From Amoebidium appalachense (lineage: Eukaryota; Protista; Ichthyosporea), in assembly GCA_963693365.1 (NCBI GenBank), contig CAVNZM010000010.1, positions 3,532,159-3,596,158 on the forward strand: a DNA stretch of 64,000 bases, read 5' to 3'. Made by a program: the position numbers and the translations under genes. The notes below the pieces were generated by a model. The model had not been told where the DNA came from, did no database searches, and saw only the letters and a list, made by a program, of their open reading frames with translations. Positions 1-17,011 of the stretch are shown here, piece by piece. The first letter of the stretch is position 1. Each line of letters opens with the position of its first letter.

Positions 1-128
1 GGGGGAGGGGGGGGGGGGGGGGTTGAGGGGGGGCGGAGGGAGGGGGGAGTGGCTGGGGTGGGGTGAGTGGGTTGGGTGGGTGAGGGGGAAAGGAGGAGGG
101 AGACGCCTGGACCGTTGAGTTTTCTTAC

Positions 129-327
129 CTGGTAGTAGGCACCTACGTTGGCTGTGTCGGTGGATCGGTAGGTGTATAAGGGGAGCGTGTTCGTTTGCCT
201 ATATCCATACGTGTAAGCGTGCATCGTGCATCGGCACCCGTGCATCGTGCACGGGTGCCCATGTACGTGTTTGGGGTGAGTGTGAGTTTGTGTGCGCGTG
301 TGTGTGTGGACGTGTGTAGGGGAATGG

Positions 328-387
<60 letters not shown>

Positions 388-563
388 GTGCGTGTGTGCG
401 TGTGCGTGTGCGTGTGCGTGTGCGTGTGCGTGTGCGTGTGCGTGTGCGTGTGCGTGTGCGTGTGCGTGTGCGTGTGCGTGTGCGTGCGTGTGCATGTGTG
501 TGTGTGTGTGTGTGTGTATGCGCGCGTGTGTGTAGCTCCGCGCTGGTGAGAAAAAGAGGGGGT

Positions 564-595
<32 letters not shown>

Positions 596-756
596 GGGGG
601 GGGGCACCAAACCTGCAACTCTTTCACTTTGTTGAAGGTTGCGACTGTCTTTGATGGCTGGATGGCCAGCGCATTTGGGTTGTAGTGGCTGGAAGCAGAC
701 ACCATTTTCAATAAAGTATGCACGTCTAGCAATCTTTCAAAAGGAAACATGTGCAA
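129..756 (-). CDS. Possible exons of an unidentified spliced minus-strand gene running off the left window edge
   Basis: Non-repetitive segment ~612-756 (…PFERLLDVHTLLKMVSASSHYNPNALAIQPSKTVATFNKVKELQ) ends at CAG|GTTTGG. A candidate micro-exon at ~130-143 is bounded by CGTAG| and CAG|GTAAG. The pieces are separated by poly-C/CA intron-like tracts. No family recognised. Confidence 0.3.
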
Positions 757-991
757 ATGGGTGCACGTGTGTGGCAGTGTGAGTTGTGTGCTTTCTTGCT
801 TTTTTGTGATTGTGAAATCTTCCTATTGGCTCGATTCCCCAGTTCAACCGTTCTGATTGGCTTCACCTAAAGTTTTTAGGTGCGATAATTGGTGCATTAT
901 TACGGACCGGCGGGAACCTCGGTGCCAGTGCCGCGCTGACGGAGGCTGTCTCCAAGCCTTTGTACCCGCAAGGCTCAGTAGTACGCGTAAG

Positions 992-1110
992 GGGCCGGGC
1001 CCTATTACGCTGCGGCAGCATACATGTAGAAGATGTGTTAGAGAGGCGCGTAAGCGGCCGGGCCCTACTACGCTGTGGCGGCATACATGTACAAGATGTG
1101 TTAGAGAGGC
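992..1110. repeat. Two-copy ~62-bp tandem repeat with a diverged third copy near 1920-1965
   Basis: GGCCGGGCCCTAYTACGCTGYGGCRGCATACATGTASAAGATGTGTTAGAGAGGC occurs twice. On the minus strand it encodes LSNTSxTCMxPQRxRARP. Confidence 0.7.
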
Positions 1111-2393
1111 CGCAGGGAGACAGCACTCAGAGACTAGGTGAGGCCTCCTGATCCAGGTGAGGGAGATCAGCAGGCTTTGGTCCGTCAGCGTGCTTGTCTC
1201 CGTGCCTCTGAACGCCATGACCGTGACGCACACGTACAGCACGCACGCAAGCACTCATATGTCATATATACACGCACAGCCACACACACACAAGAACACG
1301 CACACGCAAACACATACACAAACACAAACATGGTAGCACACACAAAAGCAAGCACACACACGAACAAACACGCGCACAAGTGCGTGCACACACGATTTCA
1401 CAAAGGAAACGGAGGCTCCCACAGGTACAATTTGACAGCTGGCTAGCCCTGCATCTTGTTGTGAAATTATGTCCTTAGTGTTGGCAGATACTGGCTGGCC
1501 TGGCGCCGACACCTGAGCACCCTTGTCTAAACAGTGTTTTTCGATAAAAGCTGCGCATGCATGCACTCGTATGTCGATAATAAACAGTACATTCCACCAT
1601 TTCTTTGTTCAGGAAACCATTGCCAGCGATCCGTCAACGTGATATAAAGAGCTGCCGTAAAAATCATAATTATAGCTATGTGTGCGATTGTGCGCCATCT
1701 TTCCATGCTATTTCCTATTCTTACCGTACTCATATTATTGTCTCGGAGACGTTGAGCATTGTGCATTGAGTCACCACAATTACGTGCGCATGCATGCAAG
1801 AGATCTTCAGGCCAGGGCCCATAAACCGTTCGCAGCCGGGGGGAGGGGAGGGGGGGGAGGGGGGGGGGGGGGGGGGGGAGGGGGGGTAGTCTCCTAAGAG
1901 TGTTCTGCTGGCTCATACATGAACGCTGCGGTGGCATACGACCCATACGAAGTGTGTCGGAGAAGGGGTTTGGGGGGGTTTGGGGGGGGGGGGGGGGGGG
2001 GTTTATGCCAAGCTTGTTGACAAACTGGTTTATGGAACTAAGTAGAAACCTGAAACACAGCATTAGCGCAAGGGCAAGCTTGCGTGTTTCGCGGCGGGAA
2101 ACGCCAGGGAATCTCTTTGTTTTTAACACGAGCATTTTACTGCGATTTTTTTGTTATATATTCAAGAATGTTCGATAATTGATTTGATAATACCTGGATG
2201 TTATCATCATTCGTGTTTGTGCCTGTCCAACACGCTAATACGGAACAACCACTCGACCTTCGAGAAAAACCTTTATGTGGTTGATCAAAACGAAAAAAGG
2301 AAAGCTAATTTAACATTCGGGGCACAAAGGGCCACATTCGAGCAACCTCATAGTCACATCAGCCTAGTAGAGCTACATGATAAGAAAGAAAAG

Positions 2394-3239
2394 CTATACA
2401 GAAACATTGATAACGGTCCCCTTGAACTCTTCCTCTGTGGCACGAACACCTTTCAGTGAGCTGAGGGATCCAAGGAGGGACTTTGCTACAAAAGCAAACT
2501 GCGACTTCTTTTCAACGAGGCCAATTTCCTGGAGAATGAAGAACTCCTCTTGGTGCGTGTCAAATGCATACAGCTGGCGCAAATAAGACACCATATCTTC
2601 GACAGAGTCAAACTCCATGAAAATTGCGTTTCCCCGCTCGCTTCCTTTCAGAGCGAGACCGGTCTCTGCATGGCGGCGGTGGCTGTCAAAAATGAAAGCC
2701 TTGGTTCCCTTTCTTCCGATCATGGTGCTGTATCCGCGCGTCGTCAAAACGTATGCTGCCATGGGGTTCATGTTGGCGGCTTTAGTGGAAAAAGCGTTAC
2801 GGAGGGCACGGGCAAGCGAAAGCCCAAACGTGCAGGTATAGTCCGGTGTTTCCGCTGCAAGCATACCAGCAATGCATTCGTCCTTGACAGCAACACCCGC
2901 TTCTGGGATCTCAAATATAACCTCGTCGACGGCTGCCATGGCGTCAACGCCCTTTCTCCTTGAATCTCTCTGGACCCATTTGTGGTGGAGATCGACCCCA
3001 TCCTTCAGAACGGAGTAGACCGAGTTGTTGGTGGAAAAGGGTTTGCGTGACCCTTTGCCCTTAAGAAATGCCATGCTTGCTACGCACGAGATCGATGTGC
3101 AGGCAACGCGGGAGCCAGCAATAGGGAAGTCATCCTGAGAGATGTTATACTGTGTGACTTTTCTCTTTCCGTTGACCGTGCATTCATTAACAACGGGAGC
3201 GTGGCGCGAGCGCACTCTTTGTCTGTCTGTAGGCTGCAT
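2394..3239 (-). CDS. Intronless papain-fold cysteine protease, herpesvirus tegument N-terminal deubiquitinase-like (peptidase C76-like)
   Basis: 281-aa high-complexity ORF. ISQDDFPIAGSRVACTSIS gives a candidate oxyanion Gln and catalytic Cys. YVLTTRGYSTMIG…AFIFDSH gives the Asp-His pair, followed by GNAIFMEFDSVEDMVSYL. This motif order matches the herpes USP/C76 fold. Confidence 0.65.
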   Translation of the reverse strand: MQPTDRQRVRSRHAPVVNECTVNGKRKVTQYNISQDDFPIAGSRVACTSISCVASMAFLKGKGSRKPFSTNNSVYSVLKDGVDLHHKWVQRDSRRKGVDAMAAVDEVIFEIPEAGVAVKDECIAGMLAAETPDYTCTFGLSLARALRNAFSTKAANMNPMAAYVLTTRGYSTMIGRKGTKAFIFDSHRRHAETGLALKGSERGNAIFMEFDSVEDMVSYLRQLYAFDTHQEEFFILQEIGLVEKKSQFAFVAKSLLGSLSSLKGVRATEEEFKGTVINVSV

Positions 3240-4631
3240 GTTTGCTATAGGGTGTGTATAAAGGGGCTATTGAATGTGTTTGTCCTTAGCATATATAAAA
3301 CATGTGTTATGTGAATGCATGAAAACGAAGGTACGGGAGAGCATAGAGCTAAACAACAAAACGTCGAAAAAAGAGTCGGCACAACAAGTTCGACGTCGGT
3401 TGATGAAAAACGTGAATGCACAAACTGCTGTTTGCACATATGGTCGCCTTTTTATATGAGGGCCTTAGATCGCTGGAGTGTACAGCCAATCAGCGATCGC
3501 GAGCAGCGAATGACTGGCCATGTGGCCATGATGATGTGGGTGACTCTGCGGCTACAAGTATGACGAGAACTCGAAGGCTCCAAGGCTAATAAAAAAGCAT
3601 GTGCACAGAAATAAAGTGCCAAAAAAGCATAAATTTTCATTAATTTGAAGCTGTAAACCCATTTATACAGCGTTTTCAAGTATTTTTTAAGCTGGCTTCC
3701 CTCGTGGTAATCTTTGTTTGTAAGCTCGCTATGTCTAGGCTTATTTGCTGGAATTTGGAAATCCCTTCCGGGAGCCTGAGGCTCACAGCCAATCCTAATC
3801 TAGGAAGCTTCTAAATGGCCGATTACCATTAACGGGATAGTTCCACAATCGGCAAGAATGCAGCGTGATCCTATTCGAAAATTTCGACATTTGCGGGCCC
3901 CGCGCGAATTCCCGGGGTGACCTCCCCCTTCTGTGGATATAAAATGGAAAAAAAGACTAAAAAGTCTTTATTGCAATATTTTACATATTTTTGAATGCTA
4001 ATTCTCTTCAAGCCTAACAAAAAGAAGGAAAAAATAGGGTGTGAGGCGCTATTGGGATTATGAATCTGTGAGTCGCTCGTGATTCATTGTTTATTGAATT
4101 AACATGTAAAGTCTTAATTGATTGGCTCATTACAATAGTCGAGCACGCCGACTTTTGCCAAGCCCCCCTATGCTCCTGGCTCTTCATTAAACCCCACCTA
4201 CATGCCCGTGCGCTACCAACATTCTTTTTTTTTTTTTGTTTTGAATTAGTAAATTATTCTCAAAAAATCTCGAATTATTAGTTGGATGGAATAGCTTTTT
4301 CAAATTGCAGCATTTGCTTGTAATCAAAATAATTTGATTACAAGCAAATATATATATAAAACCAACTATTTAAATTATATGCCGTCTTCGGCCCAAAAAG
4401 ACATAAAATGCCTCGAGCCACTTTCGCCGTGGCAATTTGGGGATTGATCTTGGATGCCGGTCCTCCAGGGGGACTGCCTGGGCGGCATCGGGGAACGTTG
4501 ATGAAAGCGAAAATCTGAAACACCCCCACGGAGACAGCCATGGCCGGCCCGGGACGGTCTGAGATCCCCCCTGCCCTGGGGCTCCTCTGTGGCTCCCGGA
4601 TCCCATTCCCCTCGATCCCCCTCCCCCTCCC

Positions 4632-4715
<84 letters not shown>

Positions 4716-4923
4716 CCCCCCCCCCCCCCTCCTCCCCCCTCAGACTCAGTGCACGCAGCCTCCTCTCCTCGCACATCTTTTCAACCAGCAGAAATAAGAT
4801 CCTGGATCCCACATACAGTCTGTTCGTCCACTTTCATCGTTTCCATCAGTGCCATCTCTTTGGATTTCCACTTTTGATTATACCTAAGATCTTCAAGTGA
4901 TGTTTTTATAAACTAAAGGAAGC

Positions 4924-5385
4924 ATGAGCCGCTTCTCTGTTCGCTTTATTTCTCTTTTCATCATCTCTGCCCTTTTTATCCACACTGCTTCCCCAAGTGC
5001 ACCGCCGACGGAACATGTTGACTTAGCTAAACCACCAGATTCAGAAACATGCGGTAGCTACAACCAGCGGACAGGGGAAGTCGAAACATGTAAAGATGGC
5101 GGTTCACGTCCGGAAACATTAGGTGCTGGGGATGGTGAGATGGGCAGAGATGGGACCAAAATGCTGGCTGCAGGAAGCGGAGACGGCACTCCGCTTGAGT
5201 TGGGTATGTGTGGCGGCTATGTTGATTCGTTTAGATCTTCGACTGCCCGAGCTTTTCTTTCTATCTTTCCGTTGTCTTCCTCTCCCTTTCCGAACTTTCT
5301 CGTTCTCTCCACCTCTCTGTATCTTCCTGTCTCTGTATCGTTTTCTCTCTCTCTCTCAACCCCCCTCCCCCCCCCCCCCCCCCCT

Positions 5386-5417
<32 letters not shown>

Positions 5418-5777
5418 TTCCCCACCTCTTTCTCTCCCCGCTTCTCTCTCTATTTCTCTCTCCCTCTCTCTCTCTCTCTCCCCCCCCCCCCCCCCCCGCC
5501 TTCCCTGTCTCCCTCCCTCCCTCGATCCCTCCCTCCCTCCCTCCCTCCCTCCCTTCCTCCCTCACTTTCTCTCTCCCTCCCTGCCTGCCTCCCTCCCTCC
5601 CTCCCTTCCCATCCCTCTTTTTCTCTCCCTCCCTCTCTCCCTCCCCCCTTCCCTCCCTCCCTCCCTCCCTCCCTGTCTCTCTCCCTCTTCCCCCCCTCTC
5701 TCTCTCTCTCACCCCCTCTCTCCCTCTCTCTCTCTCTGTCCTTCTCTCTCTCTATCTGTCTGCCTTCGCCCACTCTA

Positions 5778-5858
<81 letters not shown>

Positions 5859-6865
5859 TCTCTCTCTCTCTCTCTCCCTCCCTTCCATCCCTCCCTCCCT
5901 CCCCCCCCCCCTCCCCCTCCCCCCCCCGTCTCCCCTCCCCTCTCTCCCTCTCCCCCCCTCTCCCTTCTTCCTTCTCTGACAGGGGTGTTTTTACTCCACC
6001 TTTCCCAGTATGCCCCTTCTCCTCCCCCCTGCCTCCCCCCCCACACACGCACACACACACACCACCACCAACACACCACCACCCATCCCCTCCCCTCTCT
6101 CCTACGTTTGCATTTCAAAAGCCGCCCGCGTGTTCACGCTCACGAGGAAACCCGCTTCCACCCCCACACCCCTCCTCCTCCCTCTCGTTCTTTCCAAATG
6201 CCTGCCCCCCCCCCTTTCCCCCCCCCCCCCCCCCCCCCCCCTCTTTCCTTCCCCCCCACCCTCCCCTCTCTCGTACGTTTGCACTCTAAGACAGCCCATG
6301 CGCGCACGCTTAGCAGCTTACCAGAAAACCCAAACGTACATACGTGTGTGCACAAAACACAAAAAGACCACCTGCCAACATTATCCCCCCCCCCCCCCCC
6401 CCCCCCCCCCGACAAAAAAAAAAACAAAAAAAAAAAACCTTTGGGCCCCATCTACCTTATCATCCTTACCGCTACTGTCTCAGCCACCTGTTTCAGACAT
6501 ACTCCACCCTTCCCCTCCCCCCCCCCCCCAACCCCCCAACCCCCAACCTCCCTCCCCCCCCCCCCCCCTCAAAGCTCCCTGGTGTGTGCCTTGCATTATT
6601 TGGGATCTGTGTGGTCATGTGCTGTCCGTCGTGAAGATGCACGTTGTACTCTCTAAGCTCATGCCGACTCATCCCCCCTCCCCCCCCCCCCCCTTCCCCT
6701 CCGCCCCCCTCCCCCCCCCTTGTCCCCTCTCCTGTGGAAGACTTGGACCTGCTCATGGGTATGGGCTCTGCCTGATGCATATTCTTTATGTGTGGTTTGC
6801 ACTCTGCATTGTGTTGTTACGGCTATGAATATGTACCTCGTCCTCTATAACGCATTCCGCATTTT

Positions 6866-6899
<34 letters not shown>

Positions 6900-7292
6900 C
6901 TTTTTCCAACCCACCCCCTGCTTCCCTCCTCCTGAGGATGGGCTTCAGCTTATGTTTCTGATGTTGAATACCTGAACGTTTGCCCTGCCATGTGTCCTGC
7001 ACCGTGTTTCTCATCATGTAGTTGTACTTCGTGCGGTGTTCCACATTCTAACCTCCCCCCCCCCCCCTCTCGCTTAACAGGGTCGTCTGCGCAACTGGAC
7101 AAGATTGGGCCGATGGTAGTTCAGATGGACGGCACACTAAAGTTGATCGAAAACTGGGAGGGAATGACGGAGAGGGAGAGGCTGGTGACGTGGAAAAGAG
7201 TCACGGAGAGAAACAGGCAGAGACTTGCGGCTATACAAAGGTTGAACGGGGAGAGCGGAGAGGAGGGAGAGAAGGAGGGTGTAAAAATCTGA
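4924..7292 (+). CDS. Conserved hypothetical protein with N-terminal signal peptide (2 exons: 4924-5203, 7081-7292)
   Basis: Hydrophobic N-terminus. Phase-1 intron G|GTATGT…TTAACAG|GG joins in frame. C-terminal motif LDKIGPMVVQMDGTLKLIENWEGMTERERLVTWKRVTERNRQRL resembles the uncharacterised fungal/protist 'LGPxVVNxDGTLSRIxNWxxMTxxE' family (recalled, not searched). Confidence 0.75.
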
Positions 7293-7354
7293 ATGTTTAG
7301 TTTATAATTTTGACTATTATTAGTATTAATTTTTTGTGCGCGTCTTGATGGTAT

Positions 7355-8065
7355 GGTTGAAAACGGGGAGGGAATGACGGAGAGGGAGAGGCTTGTGACG
7401 TGGAAAAGGGTCACGGAAAGAAACAGGCAGAGACTTGTGGCGATACAGAGGTTGAACGGGGAGGAGGGAGAGAAGGAGGGTGTTAAAGTTTAAAGGGCCA
7501 ATGCTAATGGGACTTCGGTTTTTTCAGTTTTGTAATGATTTTTAGTAATACTGGGAGGGAATGACAGAGAGAGAGAGTGGTGACGTGGAAAAGAGTCACG
7601 GAGAGAAACAGGCAGAGACTTGCAGCAATACAGAGGTTGAACGGCGAGAGCGGGGAGGAGGGAGAGAAGGAGGGTGTCAAGATTTTAGGAGCAAGTGTTA
7701 AAATCTTGCATGATTGTATAGAGTGCTGGTGAAAACTGGGAGGGAATGACGGAGAGAGAGAGGCTGGTGATGTGGAAAAGGGTCACGGAGAGAAACAGGC
7801 AGAGACTTGCGGCGATACAGAGGTCGAGCGGGGAGATCGGAGAGGGGAGAGAAGGAGGGTGTTAAACTCTAAATGTGTGGTTTATTATTTTGACTAATAA
7901 TAGTATTGAATTTTGTGCACATCGTGATGGTATGGTTGAAAACGGGGAGGGAATGACGGAGAGAGAGAGAGAGGCTGGTGACGTGGAAAAGGGTTACGGA
8001 GAGAAACAGGCAGAGACTTGCGGCAATACAGAGGTTGAGCGGAGAGGAGGAAAAGGATGGTGTTA
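7355..8065 (+). repeat. Four degenerate tandem copies (~190-bp period) of the 3' part of the preceding terminal exon
   Basis: GGGAGGGAATGACGGAGAG…GACGTGGAAAAG…GAAACAGGCAGAGACTTG…AAGGAGGGTGT recurs at ~7355-7485, 7549-7680, 7729-7864 and 7935-8065, after the stop codon at 7292. Confidence 0.9.
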
Positions 8066-8915
8066 ACTTTTAAAGGGTCAATGTTAAAGTTTAAATGGGT
8101 AGTGATTGAAGTTTTGTGAAAAATTAAGGACCACCGGGTGCAAAAAACTAGAAGGTTTTCGAAGATTTAAAGGCTTTTTTTTATTTTTTTCACTTTCCCC
8201 CCCCCCCCAAAATAAATTACGTATACTTCGTATGTAATGCAATCTCCCTGTATGCTTTACAAAGCAAAACGAGTCACTAATATTTAATACCAATAGTGGT
8301 ATGAAATTATATTTACGTTGCTTTGCGAGATGCGGACCTAGAGCGTAAAAGAATAGTGGTAAAACCAATGATATCTGGGTCTTTCCTAACGGTTGTGGTG
8401 ATGTTGAATGAATGAGGGGACCGAGAGAGAACAATGCCCTGGTACCGGTGGTGAGAACTTTTTGGGGGGGGGGGGGGGGGGGGGGGGGAGGGGGGGACAC
8501 TCCATATACAAAGATGCACACGTACACATGTCTACGTACAGATTCCTGCCGTACGTGCACGTGTACATGGACTTTTAGCCCGCTCACGTACATGTATCTA
8601 GAGGTGTTACACAATAATTTTTTGACCTGTTTTTTAAATTACTCATGATCTGAGCTGGAGTTCAACATACTAAGTGAACAATGTCATGTACTGTTCATGT
8701 TATAGCACAAATATAAATAAAACGACGCATTTGGTGTTCATAGTGGGTCACAGTGTGCACAAACGCGGCATGCCCTGTGCAGGGTTTTCTTGGTTTCAAG
8801 AATCCCGATATCGATGGCAATCGCAACAAACGGGTTTTTTCGGGGTTTAAAAAAAAAAATCGACACTATGTAGGACTCATGTGTTAACTCACAGTACACC
8901 AGTGCATTTACATTT

Positions 8916-8954
<39 letters not shown>

Positions 8955-9068
8955 TTCCCCCACCTTTCGATTTGGGGAACGATGCCCAAAAAGAGCCAGC
9001 CGCCCCATATTTGAGAAAAACCGGTGAGCACGAACATAGATCGTACAGTATGCCTTACTGTGCCACCG

Positions 9069-9118
<50 letters not shown>

Positions 9119-9339
9119 AGACTATAGATACAGTAACTGCACCGCACTGCAGCTGCCTTTCTCCTCTTTTTATTAAGTTAATGGTACAATAAATCATGCA
9201 CTCTTTAAATCTCTAAGCATCCCTAGTGTACAAAGCACTTAATTAACAAACATAGCACATACGAAACTAATATTATTGTAATGATCATGATCAATAACTA
9301 TACATAGTACATTCGTATATGCTTTGTTCATTCATCAAC

Positions 9340-9373
<34 letters not shown>

Positions 9374-9455
9374 TTCCACCAGCAAAAATGGTCACTTCAC
9401 CTCCATTTCATTCCTTGCCCTTTGCAAATTCAACCGCAAAATGAATAATGTATCC

Positions 9456-9527
<72 letters not shown>

Positions 9528-9896
9528 CGTACGCGCGCTCGTGCATGCGTGCATATTACAGTACTAAACCGAAATCGCCGATTCCTGTACGGACATCAAC
9601 GTAGTTTCAGGCCCTCTACCTCTTTTTCCCCTTTCGCCGCATTTCATGATCAGGGAATCAGAAATGGGTAGAGGGGAGGGCGGTGCCAGCCTGACTGCAC
9701 GCACCATCCTGCCCAATGTATTCACGTTTCTCTCATATGCATCCGCACACCAAATACGGATCCGGCAAACCGCTCTCAAGATCGCCGTCCAATCATCAAC
9801 AAGTGTTCCTGGGAACCGTTGCCCGCGGGCGCCCGTTTCACCTCATGGCGCAGATACAAGGATAAAAAGTGCACAGTTAGTCATTCGACTTTGCTA

Positions 9897-10155
9897 TTCC
9901 GTTTTCCTTTTTAACATATTGACATCCTTCCTGTCCTGTCTTCCCCCCCCCCCCGATTTTTCCATTTGATCACTTTTCGACGCCTTATATTTACAGAAGT
10001 ACACCATCGAATAAACTAAACTTAAACTAAAAATAAAAATAAACTATAATCCAGTGAAAGCTAAACATCCCGTTTTCCTTTTGATATGATGGCACCCTTC
10101 CCTTGTTTTCTCTTTTCCAATTTTTCCATTTAATTTTCTTTCCACGCCTTATCCC
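9897..10155 (-). repeat. Two degenerate downstream copies of the sterol desaturase terminal exon end
   Basis: CCGTTTTCCT…TTTTCCAT…(CC)ACGCCTTAT at ~9897-9990 and ~10068-10155 match the coding end at ~10275-10376. Confidence 0.7.
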
Positions 10156-10256
10156 TACCGGTCTCATTATGACATAAGCAAACACAAACGAAAGAAAGAA
10201 AGGAGAGAAAATAAACTCAAACTTCAGTGAATAAAACATCAACAGAAATTAAAAAC

Positions 10257-14255
<3,999 letters not shown>

Positions 14256-15635
14256 TTTCCTGGTTTCGATGAGGGGTTTCTGTGTTCTGAAACTAGAAGA
14301 ACCATAAATTCAGCGAGGGTCAAATCATGGAAGTTCGGCCAGCTGAGATCTCTAATTTTAGTCGAACCCAGCAGAAACAGAAAAAAAAAACAGGAGAGTT
14401 GAGAGTCGAAACTAAACACGGAGCACGCAGAATGTGCTCTATATGTTTCGGAGATGTTGCTCTTGATACCTCTTCTAAATAATTGCGATGCCTGAGGGCT
14501 AACTTACAGTAGGTAGTTCAACATCGTCAAAATGGCAAACATCTCAAGGCGAATGTGTGCTCTTGGTGTGTGTCTCTCTCTCTCAACATTCCTGCAGTTT
14601 CTTCAACAGGTTTTGGCGTTTTGGGGTATAACGTTTGACAACACAACACCAACGACATAAATATACACGAGCAGTTGTCTTTGCTTCTCTATGTTAGCAC
14701 GACTTTCCAGGCTTTCGCACATATATGTGCACAAGTGACTGGAAACCGAAGATCTGGCTGGGGAATGTAGAACGTGGGCCGTTAGTCTACCGCGAAGGCT
14801 TTATGTATATTGTTTTAGTCCGTCGGCGCACTAGCTGAAGTTGGCTATGACGTAATGCCGTGTAGCACAAAGCGGCTAACGGAGTCATCATCATGAGCCA
14901 GGCTGATCCCCTGTACTTGCACAAATGTATAACACTCTATTGTAAGACCGTGACACTGTATACGTACAGTACATACATGCACCATTTGAGATTACTTACA
15001 CACATATATGTACATTTGTACATACAAAACGTACACGCATACCTTAACCGCCACACACGTTAACTGACATGCACACATGCCACGGTACCGTGGCGCGTTG
15101 CCTTTCAAACTTTGTGACAGCTGACTGGCTGAACATCATCCACCTGTGTAACCTCTTTCTGACCAGCGAAAGAGAGCATTTTTCTGATCATAGTGCCTAC
15201 ATAATCCATCTTCCGATTTGAATGAGTAGAACTAGCAAGTAATAGACAGGAAAACAAAAAGGAAAGACCTCTTTTCTATATTTTCGTATAGTTTTAACTT
15301 CATTGTTGGCACAATAAAGCTTTTTCTACCAGCCGCCTTGTTGATAAAACAAATTTATTCATCGGGGCCCGGCGGCGGTAAAGTCTGCGAAGTCGTCGGA
15401 CAGAGGGTAACGACGATTGGATCAACAGAGCGCAATGCGAAAAGCACATTATCTGAAAATCACAGTGTCATTCGCACAGGGTTTACTGTTAAAACTATTG
15501 AAAGGCGTTAAAATCCATTTAAAGAGACTGCTGTAGAATATCATGTGTTTATAACACCGCGTTGTTTATCGTGGAATAAACCTTCCGCTTGAGTTGAAGG
15601 GAATCATTTTCGTTGCATATCAGTGCACACGGTGA

Positions 15636-17011
15636 TAGGGGTCTGTAAATCTATCTCAAAAAAGTACCTAAATATCAAGTGGCTCTTTCTCGATCTATCC
15701 CAAAACCTACCTAAAAATCTTAGATCATTTCCCGGAAAGTCTTTTTTTTTTTTTTTCCCCCTAAAAAAATGCACCTAAATTTCTTTTTATCTATCCCGAA
15801 CCCTACCTAAATATCTTTCCTCTATCTCGGACTTTCCCATGTTGTACCTAAATATCTCGTCAAAATATCTCAAGATCCAGTGCTCTGATTGGCAGTTTAT
15901 CATCCTGAGACCCGGTCGGTACCTGGGTTCGGGTTGCTTGTCCGTGCAAATAATCGGTCTAAACCTCGACCCGGCGCCTGCAATGCCGGCCGGCGGTGAC
16001 CGGAGATCCCGTCGGGCCGATCCGAGCCACAGTCTGGTGTCGCCAAACATCTCTTCTGGACCGGTTGGACCGGTTTGAAAAGGTCACCCGACATCAAATC
16101 ATATACCCCTAGAGCACGAGATATTTAGATCTATCTCTCCTAAAATATTTAGAAAAACTTTCTCGAGATAGATCTCCGGGTTGATCTAAAAAAAAAAAAA
16201 AAAAAAAGTTGATCTATCACCAGGGCACCTAAATATCATTTTCGTTTCCCAAAAACTTTTCTTTTGACTGGATTTATTCGACGGAAAGATATGCAAGTAT
16301 GCACGGCATACTGAGAAAACAATAAAAACTTCACGAGTTATCCAGTAACAAGTGCATACTGAGATACCTGAACACTGTGTGAAAATCATATAAATACTCA
16401 ATGTGACGACCAACAGAATTCAACAAAAAGTCTGAAGTGTTCACATTGCCAGCTAGTGTAGCAGACACCCGTAGGGAAAGAGGTAAAACGCGACATAAAA
16501 ACTCACACCTATCAATCAACATGCTTGCGATTAAAAAGTTCAGCACAAAAGTGGCACCAGCGGCGATGAAAACAAGAATTACAGCGCCACTGCACAACTT
16601 CCCAGGCAATATCAACATCCGAGCACCATACAGACTTATCTACTAGGGTGGTATCCATACGTACAGCAGGAGAAATGTATCCTGCCAAAGCTCCCAAAAA
16701 GCGATAATGATCAGTACGGTGTTGCCTAAGGAACATAACACATGCCGACTGAGTTTTACCTTTGATTTCTCTATCAGAACGAGAAAGAAACTTATACTGC
16801 GTATGGTAATAACGCGAAAAGGCAGAAAAACCAGGAAGAGAAAAGAAAGAGGGAGTGAGATAGCGAGAGGAAGAATCAGGTTGAAAGAGGGTAGGCTGAG
16901 GACATTCAGAAGTAGCGTTGGTGAAAACTTGGCTAAAATATGTGGCTTCTTTCCTTTCTCAGCAGGTACCTATATATCACGGGAAAGTCCAGATAGACCT
17001 ACAGACCCCTA
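15636..17011. mobile_element. Non-autonomous hAT-type DNA transposon
   Basis: TIRs TAGGGGTCTGTAAATCTATCT / AGATAGACCTACAGACCCCTA. Perfect 8-bp TSD CACGGTGA at 15628-15635 and 17012-17019. Subterminal motifs ACCTAAATATC and ATCTATC are repeated. Confidence 0.9.
16259..16923 (-). mobile_element. 5'-truncated LINE (non-LTR retrotransposon) 3' end nested in the hAT element
   Basis: Highly similar to 43682-44346. Candidate 7-bp TSD AAAACTT at 16252-16258 and 16924-16930. Encodes the C-terminal WRCNSCFHRRWCHFCAELFNRKHV zinc-knuckle region, with a 4-bp frameshift near 16512. Confidence 0.85.

Noticed and set aside
2150-2394. RPA-like zinc ribbon/OB fold or stop-codon readthrough downstream of the DUB ORF (CPEC)
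   Set aside because: Many stops in all frames and only one CxxC. Neighbouring genes use TAG, TAA and TGA as normal stops.
7150-8065. Repeat-spacer pattern resembling a CRISPR array
   Set aside because: The repeats are ~130-bp decayed exon copies, and the spacers are partly homologous to each other.
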